64,000 nucleotides of DNA, from positions 1-64,000 of the forward strand of contig OZ242351.1 in NCBI GenBank assembly GCA_965208675.1, written 5' to 3'. Of the stretch, positions 59,292-64,000 are shown one piece after another (position 1 is the stretch's first letter; every line of letters starts with the position of its first letter). This DNA is from Candidatus Poribacteria bacterium (lineage in GTDB: Bacteria; Poribacteria; WGA-4E; PCPOR2b). A program made the position numbers and the translations under genes. The notes under the pieces were generated by a model. That model was not told the DNA's origin and ran no database searches. It worked only from the letters and a program-made list of their open reading frames with translations.

Positions 59292-61013
59292 ATGTACATT
59301 GGACTCAAACAGACTTCGAACATGAAATCGCAGCAGAAACTCATCATGACACCAAAGTTGCAACAAGCAATTAAGGTGCTGTTAATGTCACGCCTCGATC
59401 TCACACAACATATGAATGAACAGTTACAGCAAAATCCTCTTTTGGACGAAGCTTTGGTTGAAGATTTAGACATCGAATCGTTAAGCGGCTTAGATGAATT
59501 AGATCCCGATACAGAGTGGAATGAACCTGCTGAGAATCTGGACCGTGCAGATAAAGAACCGGATATCGACTGGGAAAGTTGTTTTGATGATATGATAAGC
59601 AGTAGCGAAAGGGACACGTTTGAACCGTGGGCTGACAGCGATGCGCCTCAAGCGGATATCGCGCAACTTCAAACATTGCACGAATTTTTAATGGCACAAC
59701 TGAATGATGCGCCTTTTTCGGACATTGAGCGAAAAATCGGTGAACAGATTATTGGCAATCTTGATGATAACGGCCAGTTGAATGTCGCTTCCCTGTTTAG
59801 TGCCGCTTTGGAGTTCAAGAGTAATTTAGACAGCGGCAATCTACCAGAGGGGTTGCGGAGTGAATTTGAAAATAATGAAATCACACTTTCAAAAAAAGTC
59901 ACAATATCTGTGAAAGGCAGTGACAGCACGGATACCGTAAGATGGCGGATAACCGATGAGAACAATGAGCAGATCTATACTGTCAATTTGGATGAGGATA
60001 AACTAAACATCTACGGCATCACGCTGGAAGAAATTGGAGAGGACATCGGTTGCGAGGTGCGTTTGGTTGAAAATGTGCTTCGGTTTATTCAACGGAATTT
60101 TGAGCCGACGGGTATAGCATACCGTACGATTCCAGAGACGCTGCTTGTACAAATTGAAGCCGGGAAAATGGACCAGCCACTTGTGCGAGAAATTGTAAAA
60201 TACCACTTTGATGATTTGATGAATAACCTCATACCGAGGATTGCCAAGAATTTGGATGTGGAAATCGACGCAGTTTTGAAGGCAAAGGAGATAATCGGAA
60301 CGCTTAATCCATATCCAGGCCGCCACTTTTCAGATCGGTCGGATCCAAAACGATTTAATGATAGGAAGCGGTTCGCAAGTTCGATTGTGCCTGATATTAT
60401 CGTTGAAAAGGGAGAAAGGGGATACCGATTCATTACAAATGATGACGGCATGCCCCGACTACGTTTGAATCCACAGTACGTCAATATGATGCGAAATGGA
60501 GATTCGGCGCTCGACAAAAACACGAAAACGTGGTTGAATAATCAAAAAAACCTAGCCATCGATTTGTTAAAAAGTGTTGACCAGCGGCATCGGACTATCA
60601 AGAGAGTGACTGAGGCGATATTTCAAGTACAATCGGATTTTCTTGAACAAGGGGTCAAAGCGCTTAAACCCTTGGTACTGAAGCAGATTGCTGATATGGC
60701 TGATGTACACGAGTCCACAGTCAGTCGCGTCACTTCGAACAAATACGTTCAGACCCCGCAGGGTATCTACAGTCTGAAGTTTTTCTTTAGCAGTGAACTG
60801 CATACCGATTCCGGCGGCAATGTAGCTGTCACTTCGGTCAAAGAGAAAATCAAAGATATGATAGATAAGGAGGATGTAGCTAAACCGCTGAGCGATCAGA
60901 CAATTTCTGGCATGCTGAAAGTCGACGGGATTCACGCTGCTAGACGAACCGTTGCGAAATACCGAGAAGAACTCGGTATACTTTCTTCCAATAAGCGGAA
61001 AGGGAAATGGTAA
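59292..61013 (+). CDS. rpoN: RNA polymerase sigma-54 factor with internal insertion
   Basis: Region I MTPKLQQAIKVL, HESTVSRVTSNKY, RpoN box ARRTVAKYRE. Confidence 0.97.
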   Translation: MYIGLKQTSNMKSQQKLIMTPKLQQAIKVLLMSRLDLTQHMNEQLQQNPLLDEALVEDLDIESLSGLDELDPDTEWNEPAENLDRADKEPDIDWESCFDDMISSSERDTFEPWADSDAPQADIAQLQTLHEFLMAQLNDAPFSDIERKIGEQIIGNLDDNGQLNVASLFSAALEFKSNLDSGNLPEGLRSEFENNEITLSKKVTISVKGSDSTDTVRWRITDENNEQIYTVNLDEDKLNIYGITLEEIGEDIGCEVRLVENVLRFIQRNFEPTGIAYRTIPETLLVQIEAGKMDQPLVREIVKYHFDDLMNNLIPRIAKNLDVEIDAVLKAKEIIGTLNPYPGRHFSDRSDPKRFNDRKRFASSIVPDIIVEKGERGYRFITNDDGMPRLRLNPQYVNMMRNGDSALDKNTKTWLNNQKNLAIDLLKSVDQRHRTIKRVTEAIFQVQSDFLEQGVKALKPLVLKQIADMADVHESTVSRVTSNKYVQTPQGIYSLKFFFSSELHTDSGGNVAVTSVKEKIKDMIDKEDVAKPLSDQTISGMLKVDGIHAARRTVAKYREELGILSSNKRKGKW

Positions 61014-61043
61014 TTGACAATTGGTCAGCCAAGGGAGGTTGAT

Positions 61044-61601
61044 ATGCAAATGCATATTACCGGTCGTCATGTTGAGGTTACGGATGATGTTCGAAGCTAT
61101 GTTGAAAAACGCGTGAAGAAAATTGAAGCCATATTTAATCGTATCATCGATTTGCAGGTGGTTATTGAACTGGAAAAAAATCGATATTTTGCTGAAATTA
61201 TTCTCGCAACGGCGAAGGCGACATTTCACGCTCAAGGCGAAACCCATGACATCTTTTCTAGTCTAGATGCTGTTATGGACAAAATAGAACGGCAGATTCG
61301 ACGTCACAAGGAAAGAATAAAGGATTGGCGCCGCCGCACACCGCAGGATCGTGCTGCAGCGGAGTTAAAAGATGCGGCCGATCACGAGGATATCAGTGCT
61401 TCGCCAGGTGTCTCGCCTCAAATTGTTAGTGTTCCGGAGAAATTTGCGTCTAAACCGATGACTGTAGAAGAAGCTGTAATGCAAATGAGTACGTCTAATG
61501 AGGCGCTTCTGCTTTTCTTAAATGCCGAAACAAACCAGATTAACCTTGTTTATGAACATGAGAGCAGAGGATACGGCTGGGTCGAACCGCAATTCACATA
61601 A
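61044..61601 (+). CDS. hpf: Ribosome hibernation promoting factor (long HPF)
   Basis: ITGRHVEVT, DKIERQIRRHKERI, KPMTVEEAVMQM; follows rpoN. Confidence 0.94.
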   Translation: MQMHITGRHVEVTDDVRSYVEKRVKKIEAIFNRIIDLQVVIELEKNRYFAEIILATAKATFHAQGETHDIFSSLDAVMDKIERQIRRHKERIKDWRRRTPQDRAAAELKDAADHEDISASPGVSPQIVSVPEKFASKPMTVEEAVMQMSTSNEALLLFLNAETNQINLVYEHESRGYGWVEPQFT

Positions 61602-61639
61602 AATGTGTATGCGGCAAGACAGACTGGCGGAGGCTTAAA

Positions 61640-62653
61640 ATGCCAAATACGATGACCGTTCGTAAACTGATTCGATATGCAGGTTACGAACTACAACTAG
61701 AGGTTGCTGCGGGATCTGAAGGATTAGATCGATTAATCGAGACCGCAGAGTCTAACCGTCCCGGTCTGGCGCTCTGCGGGCATTATCAACATTTTGGTTA
61801 TAATCGCGTGCAAATCTTTGGGCAAGGCGAAATATCGTATTTGGAAAGCCTTAATTCATCCATGCGTGCTGAAAACTTAGAGGAATTGTCTTCATATCCA
61901 ATTCCTTGTGTGGTGGTGACAAGCGGCTCTCCGGTGCCTCCGGAACTTGCGGCTATCGGCAATCAAAACAACATCCCGATTTTAACCACAAGCTTATCTT
62001 CCTCTGTCTTTACCACGCGATTGCTGCTATTCTTAGAGGATGAGTTTGGTCCTGCCGAATATGTCCATGGAAATTTGGTTGATGTCTTTGGCGTGGGCGT
62101 GCTAATTTTAGGTAAAAGTGGAATCGGTAAAAGTGAATGTACACTTGAGCTCTTGCAAAGAGGACACCGTTTAATTGCGGATGACAGCGTTTTGTTAAAG
62201 CGAGTTTCAGGGCATCGTGTTTTTGGGATACGGATGCAGCCGCTAAGGCACTACATGGAGGTTCGCGGTCTAGGAATTATTGATGTTATCACGTTGTTTG
62301 GAGTGACGGCAGTAGGCAATCGCAAACAGGTAGAGCTTGTCGTAACCCTTGAAATTTGGGATGAAAACAAAAAATACAATCGAACAGGACTTGATGAGGA
62401 TTTCTACAGTCTACACAACGAGAGTATCCCCCATACCGTCATCCCAGTGGGGCCCGGAAGAAACCTTTCGAATTTGGTGGAGGTTGCCGCTATGAACCTT
62501 TGGGGCAAAAAACTGGGATTTCATGCCGAAAAGGATTTGAATCAAGCGATTGCTGATATGATGCATACCAAAAATGAGGAAATAGTTCTTGATGAATGGC
62601 AACATGAAGCACTCCATCAGGGAGTAATTCATCCGACAGAATCAGAAACTTAA
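61640..62653 (+). CDS. hprK: HPr kinase/phosphorylase
   Basis: NRPGLAL, GKSGIGKSE, LIADD, MEVRGLGII, PGRNL. Confidence 0.96.
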   Translation: MPNTMTVRKLIRYAGYELQLEVAAGSEGLDRLIETAESNRPGLALCGHYQHFGYNRVQIFGQGEISYLESLNSSMRAENLEELSSYPIPCVVVTSGSPVPPELAAIGNQNNIPILTTSLSSSVFTTRLLLFLEDEFGPAEYVHGNLVDVFGVGVLILGKSGIGKSECTLELLQRGHRLIADDSVLLKRVSGHRVFGIRMQPLRHYMEVRGLGIIDVITLFGVTAVGNRKQVELVVTLEIWDENKKYNRTGLDEDFYSLHNESIPHTVIPVGPGRNLSNLVEVAAMNLWGKKLGFHAEKDLNQAIADMMHTKNEEIVLDEWQHEALHQGVIHPTESET

Positions 62654-62817
62654 ATGTGTTAATGGTTGCATAGTGATGCCATCGCCTCAGTCTTTTTAAT
62701 TGATGATTTGAGGTCGGCGAAATTGGGAATGGAAAAAAGTGCCATGCTTTAACATTGCAACGGTCGTAATGAAAACAGGTCTGTGTGCTTTCCGTGATTC
62801 ATGGCTTGGCAGCGTTT

Positions 62818-63084
62818 ATGCTTGATAAAGTGGTGACAATCAGTAATTCACTCGGTTTGCATTTACGGGCGGCAGGGTTGTTTGCTCAAGTCGCGAATCG
62901 GTATGTTTCAAATATTTATGTAAAAAAAGGCTCTATGAAGGTGAACGCCAAGAGTACTATGGGAGTAATGATGTTGGCAGCAGGCGAAGGCACCCAACTC
63001 ATTCTCATCGCGGATGGTGCTGATGAAATAGAAGCGATCGACGCGCTGACAGAATTAGTCGAATCCGGGTTTAACGAAGTATGA
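62818..63084 (+). CDS. ptsH: Phosphocarrier protein HPr
   Basis: NSLGLHLRAA (His15), NAKSTMGVMML (Ser46). Confidence 0.94.
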   Translation: MLDKVVTISNSLGLHLRAAGLFAQVANRYVSNIYVKKGSMKVNAKSTMGVMMLAAGEGTQLILIADGADEIEAIDALTELVESGFNEV

Positions 63085-63237
63085 ATATCCCTTTATTTCG
63101 CCCTACCGAATTACAATTTTCGCGATGTACTCCCGTGAAATTTTTCAGCTAACAAGCCTACCAATCTCAGCCAAATTCGCGAGTTGCGGCATATTCTGAC
63201 CATACCATCCCTGCCTACAGTCCTACAAGAGACAACA

Positions 63238-63295
63238 GGGCAACCACAAGGGTTTCCCCTACAAGATTTGAAGAGGGGCAGGTCTTGTACTGCCC
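63238..63295. repeat. REP-like palindromes (GTAGGGG family)
   Basis: GGGCAACCACAAGGGTTTCCCCTAC and AGGGGCAGGTCTTGTACTGCCC. Confidence 0.55.
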
Positions 63296-63351
63296 ACAAT
63301 GCTCTCAATGACTTTATTGGGTCAATTTGAATCACTGTTTAATATGAGTTT

Positions 63352-63540
63352 CAAATGCCCACTCCCGACACCAAAACGGCGGATAATTCTACCGCCAGTA
63401 AATTCGTCATTAAAATCCTTAACACCAAGCGCATCTACCCGGGCGCGGCTATGTCTAAACTTGAAAATGAAATTGATCCCGTGATATACTCACTAATCAA
63501 TGTCACGGGCGAAGAAATTGCGAATTCGCAGGAAAACTCC
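63352..63540 (+). pseudogene. Remnant of the C-terminus of a type IIG (Eco57I/TaqI-like) restriction-modification gene
   Basis: Translation KIL..KR..P...SKLENEIDPVIYSLINVTGEEI resembles the 'LExEIDxLVYxLYGLTxEEI' tail of these enzymes; no upstream MTase body. Confidence 0.55.
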
Positions 63541-63613
63541 GTCTTAGTTAGAGATTCAACAGATACGGCGGATTGCACCGATTTAATAATCCGTGTCATC
63601 CTAAGGTAGAAAA

Positions 63614-64000
63614 ATGGATAACATCATGGGGTTTAGGCAGAAATGCTTAAATTTGGGCATTAAAATCTTGTACATGGCGATTGGTACGCTTTTGGCTTTG
63701 GGCTGTGAAAAAAACAGTGGGTCGTCATCACAGCATACTGCAATCCCGTCGAATAATACGACGGAAATGGTTGAAAAGCCTTCGGCACCCGAAAGTGGAA
63801 CCGCCGCGGAGGCGGACGAACTCTCCTTTGAACTAGTCGAGAGTATAAAGTTCGGAGACGGCACCGAAGTGAAGTCCATCGCCAAAGCCGATATTGAAGC
63901 GCTTCAAGACCGGCCTATTCATATGGGAGGCAACGACACCGATGGCGTAACGTTAACGAACGAAAAAGACGAAAAGGTTCATGTGCGTACCTGCAGAGAG
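63614..64000 (+). CDS. Hypothetical lipoprotein (3'-truncated by window edge)
   Basis: Open frame to the window end; lipobox LLALGC followed by a Ser/Thr-rich linker; start uncertain. Confidence 0.7.
   Translation, partial: MDNIMGFRQKCLNLGIKILYMAIGTLLALGCEKNSGSSSQHTAIPSNNTTEMVEKPSAPESGTAAEADELSFELVESIKFGDGTEVKSIAKADIEALQDRPIHMGGNDTDGVTLTNEKDEKVHVRTCRE

Noticed and set aside
59781-60014. Intein in RpoN
   Set aside because: Too short, and lacks the splicing motifs and terminal His-Asn
60567-61247. 226-aa minus-strand ORF and similar shadow ORFs across the window
   Set aside because: Antisense to well-supported genes (rpoN/hpf) with no recognisable motifs

Overview
A 64-kb bacterial chromosome segment of mostly housekeeping genes. 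It is probably from Candidatus Poribacteria; this is inferred from a secreted LamG protein ending in AVxPxGKxxTTWxxLK, PhyH and FGE-domain paralogs, and many GTAG-type REP elements. Recognisable genes are sdhA (5'-truncated), a DinG helicase, pepA, dnaK, an Rrf2-cysK-cysH-MoaD sulfur cluster, comEA, zapA, aroE, a fused IOR, recN, nadK, DUF368, surE, tyrS, msrA, a MacAB-like exporter, rpoZ, and an acyltransferase-lptC-lptA-lptB-rpoN-hpf-hprK-ptsH operon. An accessory zone at about 5.1-12.5 kb holds an intact IS5-family (IS1031-like) element, a 129-bp MITE with nearly the same terminal repeats, two small orphan genes and a stand-alone HsdR_N nuclease. The most interesting signals are: (1) an unannotated ~165-nt three-way-junction RNA between a sigma70 promoter and dinG; (2) a ~78-aa foreign module inserted in sigma-54; (3) a secreted S1/P1-nuclease/PLC + DmpA aminopeptidase fusion; (4) a second multi-hairpin RNA after rpoZ that faces an orphan antisense promoter; (5) a tandemly duplicated LptA together with an extra-long efflux adaptor, both suggesting a wide periplasm. 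No tRNA, rRNA or CRISPR array was seen. All RNA folds and family assignments were made by eye, without computation.
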